Positions 9,033 through 17,365 of a DNA stretch of 24,822 nt are shown one piece after another (position 1 is the first letter of the stretch; each line of letters starts with the position of its first letter). Source of the DNA: a virus (taxonomy: Duplodnaviria; Caudoviricetes); the IMG/VR virus record IMGVR_UViG_3300025103_000148, positions 1 through 24,822 of that record; one strand, 5' to 3'. The notes beneath the pieces are model-generated. The model searched no databases and had not been told where the DNA came from. It worked only from the letters and a program-made list of their open reading frames with translations. Both the position numbers and the translations under genes were made by a program.

Positions 9033-10961
9033 TCACTTTCTCTTATGTCGTAGGTAAACCATCTCTTGAGTTATCTTATTTTGTACAATAATGGCTTTTC
9101 TTGGGTATTTGTAAGCAAATTCATAAATTTCCGCACCTTCGCCGGACTCTCTATCAAAATATCTTTTCCAGTGTTCAAATTTCTTTTTACCCTGAACACA
9201 CTTATAGTATACATCAGGTGATACTTCAAACACATCACAGCCAGCAAATTTCTTTCTTTTCTTCTTTACTGGTGGGTCTTCGCCAGGAGCAATGCCTGCA
9301 ACTTCACCACCACCAACATTGTTGGCAGCGGCATCAACGGATTCTGTAACCTTTTCAATTTCGTTATAGGGATACCCACGAAGTGGATTGACTAATAAAC
9401 TCTTTTTATTCTTTCTACCACATCGTTTATGAATAGTACATGCATCATCATCTGATATTTCTTCTTCAATGGATTCTTTGATGCCTTTCTTCTTTCTCCA
9501 TCCAAGAACAGTATGAGCATCATTAACTTGGTCAGCCCAATTGCCTGGTCCAGTAGTTGCTTTTCTTGCTTTTGGATTTGCCTTCATTGCTTCGCCAGCA
9601 TCTTTTATGATATATTGCAATTCATCTTTTGATAAATCCCAAAATCTGATATTTTCTATACGAGCGGCACCTCTTGGTCTACCATCGCCCATTTTCCATT
9701 TTGTTGCTTCATCCATTTCAACGGATTCTGGGTACATAGGATTTGTAAGTGGTCTGGTCTTCCTTGCAAAAGTCTTTAGAACATCTCCAACCTTTGCATC
9801 TGGGTCAAGAACGATAGTGAATCCCTTTCTTTGACCACCACGATTGGATGATTCTTTTCCCGAATTATCTCTTGTGAGATTCGCCGCAACGACCTTGCCC
9901 TTTTTGTCTACGATTGCGTATACATCTTTTCTTCGTTCATCCAGTTCAACGGATTCTTTGATACCAAGAGTTTGGGTCTTGGTACTAAGACCATCCATTA
10001 TATCTTTGAGGGTCTTAGTGTCGTTGGAATTGAGTTTGAGTTTTTTAGCAATTTCATCAGAAGATTTACCTTCTTTATCCCACATTTTCATTATGGTATT
10101 GCCGTATTTTTTCAGTAACTCCAGTTGCTTCCCTTCATCCAGTTCAACGGATTCATTTTTTGCTTTTGTCAATGCCCAAACTTTAGATACGAATTGTGTG
10201 AACTCACCAATTTTTAATCTGCCAGATTTCTCAGAGGAGTTGATTTTTGCGTTTCCTGTATAACTATATTTCACTACATCTTTTGGTTCGATAGTAAAAA
10301 ACCACTCACCCCGACCACGGTTTTGGTGGTATGCCCATCCCGCATCAATACTAGTATCTACCTCATCCGGCATATCTTTAGTAACATAATTACCAAATGA
10401 ATCTGTCCATTTTGTTCTTCCAAATGTGAGGTCGATAGCCCATATAATCTTTATTGCTTCGGCATGTCTTTTCTCAAGTTCTCTCCTGAAATCTTTTGCT
10501 TCATCCAGTTCAACGGATTCTTTGATACCAAGAGTTTGATTAATGTGAAGGGCAACTGATTGGGGTGTACCTTCAAACTCACCTTTACCGTGGTCAAAAG
10601 TAACTCTGACATTTCCGTGTTTGCGAGTTGTCAGAAGCATATGTTTGAATGGGGTTTTGGTAACTCCACCAGTCTTTTTGATGTTGATACCATAACCTTT
10701 TTTAGAACCGATTTCGGCATTCTTAATCACACTGTCTGCTGTCCATGCTTCATCCAGTTCAACGGATTCTTTTAATTGTTTAGCAGCCTCTTTGGGGTCA
10801 ACACCATCGTAGTAAAGTTGTAACATGTCTGTTGGTTTAACTTTCGAATAAGAACCCCTTAATTTTTTGAGTTCTTTTTCAAACACATCAAACCACTTAA
10901 TCAGTGGTTTTTGGTCATCTTCAGATAGGGTTAGTAACTTTATGATATTTTCTTTTAACAT
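9033..10961 (-). CDS. modular polyprotein A (642 aa) with ESVELDE linkers; probable head-internal protein
   Basis: Four ESVELDE, one ESVEMDE, plus ESIEEE and ESVD separate mutually unrelated small domains. Confidence 0.85.
   Translation of the reverse strand: MLKENIIKLLTLSEDDQKPLIKWFDVFEKELKKLRGSYSKVKPTDMLQLYYDGVDPKEAAKQLKESVELDEAWTADSVIKNAEIGSKKGYGINIKKTGGVTKTPFKHMLLTTRKHGNVRVTFDHGKGEFEGTPQSVALHINQTLGIKESVELDEAKDFRRELEKRHAEAIKIIWAIDLTFGRTKWTDSFGNYVTKDMPDEVDTSIDAGWAYHQNRGRGEWFFTIEPKDVVKYSYTGNAKINSSEKSGRLKIGEFTQFVSKVWALTKAKNESVELDEGKQLELLKKYGNTIMKMWDKEGKSSDEIAKKLKLNSNDTKTLKDIMDGLSTKTQTLGIKESVELDERRKDVYAIVDKKGKVVAANLTRDNSGKESSNRGGQRKGFTIVLDPDAKVGDVLKTFARKTRPLTNPMYPESVEMDEATKWKMGDGRPRGAARIENIRFWDLSKDELQYIIKDAGEAMKANPKARKATTGPGNWADQVNDAHTVLGWRKKKGIKESIEEEISDDDACTIHKRCGRKNKKSLLVNPLRGYPYNEIEKVTESVDAAANNVGGGEVAGIAPGEDPPVKKKRKKFAGCDVFEVSPDVYYKCVQGKKKFEHWKRYFDRESGEGAEIYEFAYKYPRKAIIVQNKITQEMVYLRHKRK
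9708..10769 (-). repeat. dispersed in-frame 21-nt direct repeat GAATCCGTTGAACTGGATGAA (ESVELDE)
   Basis: Exact copies at 9936-9956, 10134-10154, 10500-10520 and 10749-10769, and a 1-mismatch copy at 9708-9728. The copies at 9936-9974 and 10500-10538 share 39 identical nt (QTLGIKESVELDE). Confidence 0.97.
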
Positions 10962-11512
10962 TAAACCTTCTCCACATTTGAATAAGAGATTACAATATTT
11001 GTACCATTAGCATTATGTATATGAAAAAGGGGCACACCGAGTTCAGAACCAAATGAATTAATATCTTCATCTAGTTTGATAATTTCATTAGTTTCAGATA
11101 TATCATCTGTCACATGATATGTCCCTCTTGGGATTGTGTTGTGGGTGACATCTTCCTTGATGTCTTCGATATTGAATTCGCCTTCAAACACTTGGTCGAT
11201 GAACATTTGTTCGATATCAACTTCAGTAGCCCCATCTTTCTTTGCTTCCTCTCTCAGAAGCCAAAGGGCAGCGGCAAAAGAGCCAATCCTTGAACGAACG
11301 AATGGTACTTTGTTGAACACCCGTTTTACACTAGCAATAAGCCTATTAAAAGCACCATAGGAATTCTTTTGCTTCCTAGTTCTATCTTCTGGTTCTACAA
11401 TTACCTTACCATTTTCGTCAATGACACCTTCTTTGTAGGCATCCCACGATTTCCATTTAATGGTTAGTCCTTTGATAAACCTGTATGCAACATAAATGTC
11501 AACTGCACCCAT
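10961..11512 (-). CDS. conserved T4-like hypothetical (virion-associated) protein
   Basis: 183 aa. The D.YVAYRFIK.L...W..WDAYK.GVIDENG...SY..F.RL...VKR pattern is recognisable from T4-like phages. TAATG coupling at both ends. Confidence 0.8.
   Translation of the reverse strand: MGAVDIYVAYRFIKGLTIKWKSWDAYKEGVIDENGKVIVEPEDRTRKQKNSYGAFNRLIASVKRVFNKVPFVRSRIGSFAAALWLLREEAKKDGATEVDIEQMFIDQVFEGEFNIEDIKEDVTHNTIPRGTYHVTDDISETNEIIKLDEDINSFGSELGVPLFHIHNANGTNIVISYSNVEKV
11014..11020 (-). promoter_or_regulatory. ATACATA, candidate late-promoter box upstream of polyprotein A
   Basis: 53 nt upstream of the ATG at 10961, inside the 3' end of the preceding gene. Confidence 0.3.
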
Positions 11513-11892
11513 TATAGATTCCTTAAAACATTAGCGATATGTTCATCTATAGTTATGTTTTCGAACAACTCACCGGCATCCATATGGGTTGGAACATATT
11601 CCAGATATATTAAGAAAGTCTTAAGATATTCGTGTAAGTCTCGTTCCATCTTGAAAAATAACATTCTAATTCCCGGCTGAACACCAAACACATTGCAAAA
11701 AATAATAATGTGATTCAGGATGAGTCTTTCCCGAAGCACATTATTTCGTTGATACTTTCTAAACAATCTTTTAATATACTTGGTTCGATTTAAATCTTCT
11801 TGAAATTCATCAACGCCCATGCAATGAGGGTTTTCGTAAGCCTTCATTGCGTATAATATATAATTGCTATCCGTTAATACACCGAATTCCAT
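11512..11892 (-). CDS. conserved T4-like/cyanophage hypothetical protein (DUF7207-like)
   Basis: 126 aa: NYILYAMKAYENP.C....F.EDL.R.KYIKRLF.KY.....L.ERLILNHIII..NVFG. Confidence 0.8.
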   Translation of the reverse strand: MEFGVLTDSNYILYAMKAYENPHCMGVDEFQEDLNRTKYIKRLFRKYQRNNVLRERLILNHIIIFCNVFGVQPGIRMLFFKMERDLHEYLKTFLIYLEYVPTHMDAGELFENITIDEHIANVLRNL

Positions 11893-11914
11893 ATCAAATA
11901 AAAGTCCTTAGTTA

Positions 11915-12262
11915 TTAACGGTATTTCTTAGGCAACAACTCGTCCCAATTTCCTTCAGCGGCCTCTGCTTCAAATTCATCTCGCAATCTCATTGCAACAT
12001 ATTCTCTAACATCTTTGGGGAACATTGTTCTTGCATCATTCCCTGTGGAGAATTCTTTTGAATAAAGTTTAGCGGCATCATCCACAGCATACATGAAAAG
12101 TTTAACAGCCTTTTTGCTATCATACTTGTCCTGTGCCATCTTGGTGATTGCATTCTTATAGATGGGTTGCAATCTTTGTCGATACAGTTGTGCATGATTC
12201 ACGGTGAACACATAAAGTTCATCACCTTCTATAGATTCTGAGAATTCCCTATAAGATTTCAT
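11915..12262 (-). CDS. small probable internal head protein with capsid-targeting-like N-terminus
   Basis: Begins MKSYREFSES (compare the T4 IP CTS MKTYQEFIAE); 115 aa, helical. Confidence 0.8.
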   Translation of the reverse strand: MKSYREFSESIEGDELYVFTVNHAQLYRQRLQPIYKNAITKMAQDKYDSKKAVKLFMYAVDDAAKLYSKEFSTGNDARTMFPKDVREYVAMRLRDEFEAEAAEGNWDELLPKKYR

Positions 12263-13107
12263 TATTCTGATTCCAATTCTTTGGATACCATGCCTTGAAA
12301 TTTATGAATTTCTGCATTAGAATAAATCTTATTGGTTGTCCTGAGTTTATCCATGATGTCTGCTCGTAAATTATTTTGACTAGTTTTATGAGTCTCTGCA
12401 ACATCTTTTGCTAATGAAGTGAACTCATCAGGTGTTATCTGATTATTAGTGACACTTCGGATGCTGGCTAAAATATCAGGCATTTCTTGTGTTAGTTTGT
12501 CTTGTTCGCCAAATGGATTTACATTAGTACGCTTTGGTTGTTCCATGTTATTGCTCTCCTCTAAATCGTTTTTGCTGTTGCCAACAATTTCTAAAGTTTT
12601 ATCTGCCTTCTTAGGCTTCTTACCTTTATATGTAGTGACTTGTTCTTCAGTCGAATCGTCTGAATCTTTCTTCTTTTTCTTCTCTTCATCTGGAGCAGGT
12701 GCGGCGTCACCACTAGCAGGTGCTTTTGCATCAGCGGCCACTTTAATTGCTTTGGCCTTTGCTTTATTGTAAAGTGCAACAGTTTTAGCATCTACATTAT
12801 CATAAATCTCAATGGTTTCTTTAAGAGCAAATTCACCCGCAGTGTTTTTATTTATCATTTTACCAAGCATCTCTTTCGCTCTATAATCTAAATCTCTCCA
12901 GTCATCTCTAGAAAAAGAAGATGGTAATCTTGCATCTTTTAAAAAGTCTACTCTTTCTTTACGAGAAAGTTGATTCCAGTGAAGTGTCTCTGCTTCGTTT
13001 ATATGAGTATTTTTATCAAAACACTCATGCACAATATCTCTAAAGGATTTTTCTTTATCAGAATTTAAATCAAACATCTTTTGTTCTCGCATCAAGTGTT
13101 CTCGCAT
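12262..13107 (-). CDS. hypothetical charged, low-complexity protein, probably head core/internal (start uncertain: 13107, 13092 or 13077)
   Basis: 281 aa ORF with K/A/D-rich disordered middle and INE, LKE and LEE sites; possible internal start at 12546 with AGGAG. Confidence 0.7.
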   Translation of the reverse strand: MREHLMREQKMFDLNSDKEKSFRDIVHECFDKNTHINEAETLHWNQLSRKERVDFLKDARLPSSFSRDDWRDLDYRAKEMLGKMINKNTAGEFALKETIEIYDNVDAKTVALYNKAKAKAIKVAADAKAPASGDAAPAPDEEKKKKKDSDDSTEEQVTTYKGKKPKKADKTLEIVGNSKNDLEESNNMEQPKRTNVNPFGEQDKLTQEMPDILASIRSVTNNQITPDEFTSLAKDVAETHKTSQNNLRADIMDKLRTTNKIYSNAEIHKFQGMVSKELESE

Positions 13108-14314
13108 CGAATGATAGACGAGCAGACTTATTTAATTGAGGGGTTGTGTCTTTAGAAAGATGTTTAACATATAAATCCATAACGGATTCATTTCTTCTCA
13201 TCATATCAAGGGATAACTTCATATATTCCTTGTGGTTTCTTCCGTATTTTGCAATGATGGCATCGGCAATATCCTTCGGGTCGGGGTCGCCACTATTGTA
13301 CAGTTGCTTGTGTGTATTACTGATAATATTATCTAATCCTTGGGCGCCATTTGAAGATTGCATTTCTCGATACCACTTTTTATCCATTGCTTTCTTGAGT
13401 TCATCGTGTATATCCATAAAGAATTCTTTCATCTTACCTTCATCCAGTTCAACGGATTCGTCCATAACAAATTGTGTTTGCTTGGAATCAATAAAATTCT
13501 TGTACTCTTTCTCGACATACTTTTTTACTTTCTCAAGTTCTTTCTTTGAACCATTGAAAGAAATATCCCAACCCGCACCACCAGAACCACTGCCACTATA
13601 ACTCTTGAATTTCTTATCGAGGTCTTTTTGAATTTGGCGACCTAGTGTACTAGTATACTCTGGTTTGTTGAATTCGAATGAAAGAACCCAATGTGATTCT
13701 TCGTCTAGTTCAACGGATTCACCTAAAAGACCGTGGCTTCGTGCATACTTACTGATTGCCCAATCCTTATGGGGATGTGAACCATAGTAAGCAAAAATCT
13801 TTACTTTGCCTCTCTTCGGGTCACTTGTAATTGCCATTACATATCCATCGACACCTGGCGAGCCTGGTTCTGGACCACCACCGGCAGCCTTACCAGTAAA
13901 TTGAAAAACACCAAACACCGAGTTACCACCAAGAACAGACAACTTAGAATTGACCATTGGGAACTTTCCGCTTTCGATACCCGCTTTGATTCTTGCCTCA
14001 GGTTCGTGGGCGTGTGGTAGTCGTTTCTCGTCTAGTTCAACGGATTCATCATACGGACCATATCCTTTGGGTGTTACTTCAGAAGTTGAATGAGAGAATT
14101 CACCTTTATTCTTGTGTGCATATTTCCCGATTGCTTTTTTGTGCATGTCCGTGGTCATACCAGTAATAACGACTCTATACTTGCCCTTGTATCTTTCGAC
14201 ACCAGAGTTTGCCAGCCCTACACCAGAATTCTCGACATCCTTTGCAAATTGTTTTGCATTTCTTTCGTTTTTAAAATCCCAAAATACTTTTGGTTCTTCT
14301 CTTCCTTCATTCAT
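13070..14314 (-). CDS. modular polyprotein B (414 aa) with ESVELDE linkers
   Basis: Three ESVELDE plus one ESVMD separate unrelated domains at 109, 87 and 90 aa spacing. Its start overlaps the upstream stop. Confidence 0.85.
   Translation of the reverse strand: MNEGREEPKVFWDFKNERNAKQFAKDVENSGVGLANSGVERYKGKYRVVITGMTTDMHKKAIGKYAHKNKGEFSHSTSEVTPKGYGPYDESVELDEKRLPHAHEPEARIKAGIESGKFPMVNSKLSVLGGNSVFGVFQFTGKAAGGGPEPGSPGVDGYVMAITSDPKRGKVKIFAYYGSHPHKDWAISKYARSHGLLGESVELDEESHWVLSFEFNKPEYTSTLGRQIQKDLDKKFKSYSGSGSGGAGWDISFNGSKKELEKVKKYVEKEYKNFIDSKQTQFVMDESVELDEGKMKEFFMDIHDELKKAMDKKWYREMQSSNGAQGLDNIISNTHKQLYNSGDPDPKDIADAIIAKYGRNHKEYMKLSLDMMRRNESVMDLYVKHLSKDTTPQLNKSARLSFDARTLDARTKDV
13082..13108 (-). repeat. 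tandem duplication with 15-nt period (DART-L-DART)
   Basis: tgttctcgcatc at 13082-13093 and 13097-13108. Confidence 0.9.
13175..14047 (-). repeat. ESVELDE-encoding repeat copies in polyprotein B
   Basis: 13439-13459 is identical to the 21-mer in polyprotein A. 13700-13720 has 2 mismatches, 14027-14047 has 3 mismatches, and 13175-13189 is a truncated copy (ESVMD). Confidence 0.95.
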
Positions 14315-15078
14315 TTAGTTTCACCCTTCCAATTTTTATCGACATAATTGAAGAACTCTTTCTTCTTGTCGTCTTCTAAATCATCGGGGGAACTGGCACC
14401 GAACTTCTTGAGTGCGGCTTTAAAGAACTTCTCGTACTCTTCATCTTTACCTTCTGTTGCACAATTACAACCTTCCCATTCTCCGCCTTCTTTTATATAC
14501 CAACGAGTTGCTAATGCAAGAGATGCAAGAGATGGATGGTCGGTAATATTTCTTTCTGCTTCCACCAATGAACTCTCCCACAAAGTAGAATTCGTGGGTT
14601 TGCATTGGTCAGCAACAGTGAATGCTTCATTAACTGCAAGGAAATAATAGAGAGAATCGGGGGTAGATTCTAGGTCATCATAACTTGCTTCTTTAAGTTT
14701 ATTAAATGCATCAATGTAACTACCTTCAACAATTAAAGAATGAATGTTTCGAAGGAATTCGTTTTCATCTAGTAAAGATTCACTGAGTGATTCTATTACT
14801 AGAGGATTCGCTTTTACATCTGCTGTAGTAGCAAAGTCGTAAAACATTTCAATAAGAGGTCTGTGTTCAAACATCCAATCATTAAACTCTCTAGAGTTCA
14901 TATTCAGAACATATCGTTTAGATACGCCCCCAAGCGATTCAGCAATTCCCATTCGAGTATCGTTTCCTGAAATAACAGACCACAAAACATCTAAATGAAT
15001 ATCTCTGATGTGCGTTCCCGCAACATCATTTTCTCTAAACTCTTGTACAGATTCAGCGATTTGTCTATACGATTTCAT
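14311..15078 (-). CDS. probable internal head protein, multi-module, CTS-like N-terminus
   Basis: Starts MKSYRQIAES, has several [IL]xE sites, and ends in a YEKFFKAALKKFGASSP.DL.DDKKKEFFNYVDKNW module. Confidence 0.8.
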   Translation of the reverse strand: MKSYRQIAESVQEFRENDVAGTHIRDIHLDVLWSVISGNDTRMGIAESLGGVSKRYVLNMNSREFNDWMFEHRPLIEMFYDFATTADVKANPLVIESLSESLLDENEFLRNIHSLIVEGSYIDAFNKLKEASYDDLESTPDSLYYFLAVNEAFTVADQCKPTNSTLWESSLVEAERNITDHPSLASLALATRWYIKEGGEWEGCNCATEGKDEEYEKFFKAALKKFGASSPDDLEDDKKKEFFNYVDKNWKGETK

Positions 15079-17180
15079 AACTTTAAACCCCTTTGATTAC
15101 TTAATGACCAACTTTCATTCTCCAATATGCTTTTCCATTTGGAATCTAATGTATTTAGTGTTATTCTTGCTTTCGGGAATTCGTTTTCATCTAAAGTAAA
15201 TTTCTTATTAACATTAACACTATAATTGAGGATTTCTAAGAATTTTTTACCCAATAAGACCTCATATACATTTTCATCTCGGTCTGCAAGACTGAACTCA
15301 ACATCAGTATATTTAGTACCATTAATAGTCATGTCCATTTTCACAACCTGTCTATCTCTTCTTTCCCCTGCACCAACATGAATATCAACAACTTCATGAA
15401 CTGGTTTTGTTATTCGTTTCTTTCCAAACAAATCAAATGATACCTTGTTGCCTTTTACTTCAATGTTTTCAGCATGAAGAGCGTTCCAAGAACCATTACC
15501 TGTATCTAGTTTGGCTTTTACCTTTTCACCACCAATTTCAACCCATTCAATATACCCCACATCTCTACTTGAAAACACCCAATTGTCTCTATCTGAAATG
15601 TAATCAATGATATGGTTAGTTAAATCTTGACCAGTCACCACGCCCTTTCGAACATAATAACTTTGGTATCCATCCATGCCTGAGCCAGGTGAACCATTAA
15701 TTTCTAATGCGTATAATTTTCCATTTACTGTGATGTGGTCAACACCACAAAGATAGCAACCAGACATCTTAGAAACCTTGTGTACGAAATCTTTTTCTTC
15801 TTGAGATAGTTTATGTGGTTTAGTTTCATTACCCAGAGACTTGTTTGTTCGGAAATCTTTTCCACCCTTCATTCGTTTTGCTGAAGCAATAATTTTGCCA
15901 TTTAAAACGAGGGTTCGAACATCGAACTTAATTTCCATATATTCCTGAATAATCAATTCAGCATCAAATTTCCAAAGAGACTGAAGAACTGATTTAAGTG
16001 ATTCATATGATTCGACTTTAGAAACACCGATGCCTTCAGCACCAGTTAAAGTCTTAACAATCATTGGGAATTTTCCACCAATCTTTTTAACAGCAAGGTC
16101 AATAGATTCTTCGTTGTTAACAAATGCTGTTCTTGGTGAGGGAATCCCATGTCGTTCAAACGAAAGAGCCGTTGCTAGTTTATTCTGGCAAAATCTCATT
16201 GCTTCTGCACTGTTGATAACAAATGCCCCTGCTTGTTCAAACACCTGAACCAATCCCAGACCACCATGTGTTACGATTGCAGAACCTCGGACAAACACAA
16301 CTGTGTTATCCACATTTAATTTAACTTTTCTCTTGTCTCCATCATAATTGTGGATGATAAGAGAATTATCTGTGGCGTCTTCATCCGCAACATATGCTTT
16401 ATCTACAAGAATAGGATAAAATGATATCCCTGAAGTCTTGCAGGCCTTCTCTAATTTCTCTGCTGTTCCTTTAAGTTCATCATCACCCTGTTTAGTAAGA
16501 ACAACAACAGTTAATTTGCCTGATTTCTTTCTAAGTTTACCAAAAGAAATGGGGTCATGTGCTTCTCGAACACCTGCTGATTTTCGAAGAGCATTATATA
16601 TTTTCTTTTTTTCGGCATTTGATGCTGAAGAAGGCATACTTTCTGAAAATGAATCCCAGTCACCATCAGCGGCAAATTGCCTCACCTTTGAACCAGATAC
16701 ACCACTAACATCTGTTGCATCGGGGTCACGATTCCCTGCACTTACAACTTCAAATTCAAAATTTAAGGCCGTCTTTGGGTCTTTACCATTGATATATGGT
16801 TTAACCATATTTTCAAATTCTCTCACTCGGTCTGAACCCACAACCATAATAACCTTTGCAACACCTCTATCACTCATCCACTTAAGAGCCGCAAAGGGAT
16901 TGTGTATTGAAGAATTATCAACAATCTCCACATTCCTGAAAGCCTTCTTCATAAATTTAACTTTATCTTTGTGCTTTATTGGGTTTTTTGCATCACCCTC
17001 TTTAGCACTAGGAAAAACCATAGCAGTTCCACGAACTCTTGAAGCAACACTTGCAACCTTATCAATGAGTAACTGATGCCCAGAGGTGGGGGGCTGGAAA
17101 CGACCAAAAGTGAAGACAATGGTATCACCTTTGGCTTCTACCATTTTCTTCTTCGTACTGTTTTGTTCGTTGTGTTTCAA
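15075..17180 (-). CDS. triple fusion: cytidylyltransferase-like NTase + RimK-type ATP-grasp ligase + retropepsin-like aspartic protease
   Basis: NTase: FTFGRFQPPTSGH...VVGSDR...SAGNRDPDA.DVSGVSGSK.R. RimK: NKL.T...F...GIPSPRT...FPMIVKTLTGAEGIGV...IIQEY...FDVR..V...DFRTN.SLG...GVD...LEINGSPG. Protease: KAKLDTGNG...LHA...RxxV...F.LADR...VLLG. GGAGGT SD favours TTG at 17180 over GTG at 17186. Confidence 0.9.
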   Translation of the reverse strand: MKHNEQNSTKKKMVEAKGDTIVFTFGRFQPPTSGHQLLIDKVASVASRVRGTAMVFPSAKEGDAKNPIKHKDKVKFMKKAFRNVEIVDNSSIHNPFAALKWMSDRGVAKVIMVVGSDRVREFENMVKPYINGKDPKTALNFEFEVVSAGNRDPDATDVSGVSGSKVRQFAADGDWDSFSESMPSSASNAEKKKIYNALRKSAGVREAHDPISFGKLRKKSGKLTVVVLTKQGDDELKGTAEKLEKACKTSGISFYPILVDKAYVADEDATDNSLIIHNYDGDKRKVKLNVDNTVVFVRGSAIVTHGGLGLVQVFEQAGAFVINSAEAMRFCQNKLATALSFERHGIPSPRTAFVNNEESIDLAVKKIGGKFPMIVKTLTGAEGIGVSKVESYESLKSVLQSLWKFDAELIIQEYMEIKFDVRTLVLNGKIIASAKRMKGGKDFRTNKSLGNETKPHKLSQEEKDFVHKVSKMSGCYLCGVDHITVNGKLYALEINGSPGSGMDGYQSYYVRKGVVTGQDLTNHIIDYISDRDNWVFSSRDVGYIEWVEIGGEKVKAKLDTGNGSWNALHAENIEVKGNKVSFDLFGKKRITKPVHEVVDIHVGAGERRDRQVVKMDMTINGTKYTDVEFSLADRDENVYEVLLGKKFLEILNYSVNVNKKFTLDENEFPKARITLNTLDSKWKSILENESWSLSNQRGLKL

Positions 17181-17195
17181 AATCACCTCCTAGTT

Positions 17196-17232
17196 AAAAC
17201 CACCAACTGAGCATCAAATTACTCAATTGTGG
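17196..17232 (-). terminator. hairpin with short U-tract, possible weak intrinsic terminator or attenuator
   Basis: Minus strand CCACAATTGAGTA-ATTTGA-TGCTCAGTTGGTGG-TTTT: ~13-bp stem with two G-U pairs and a bulge. Lies between a stop codon and the SD of the RimK fusion gene. Confidence 0.5.
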
Positions 17233-17233
17233 G

Positions 17234-17365
17234 TCACTTATTCCAAGGCGCTTTTGATTTAATCCAGTTCCACAGAGGAACGCCAACTAGGGCCCCACCG
17301 ACAAAGCATAAAATGCTCCACCAAACGGTCCCCAAACTTTCGCTAATAAATGCTAATGTGTTCAT
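17234..17365 (-). CDS. small single-pass membrane protein (43 aa), not in the ORF track
   Basis: MNTLAFISESLGTVWWSILCFVGGALVGVPLWNWIKSKAPWNK; AAGGAG SD; ATGA overlap with the FtsZ-like stop. Confidence 0.75.
   Translation of the reverse strand: MNTLAFISESLGTVWWSILCFVGGALVGVPLWNWIKSKAPWNK

Noticed and set aside
9708-14047. 21-nt repeats as a CRISPR array
   Set aside because: Intervening segments are roughly 180-350 nt, variable and in-frame coding, and there are no cas genes in the window.
9936-14047. GTTGAAC in the linker matches the integron core consensus GTTRRRY
   Set aside because: Only a degenerate 7-mer. There is no paired RYYYAAC...GTTRRRY attC hairpin and no integrase in the window, so it is probably coincidental.
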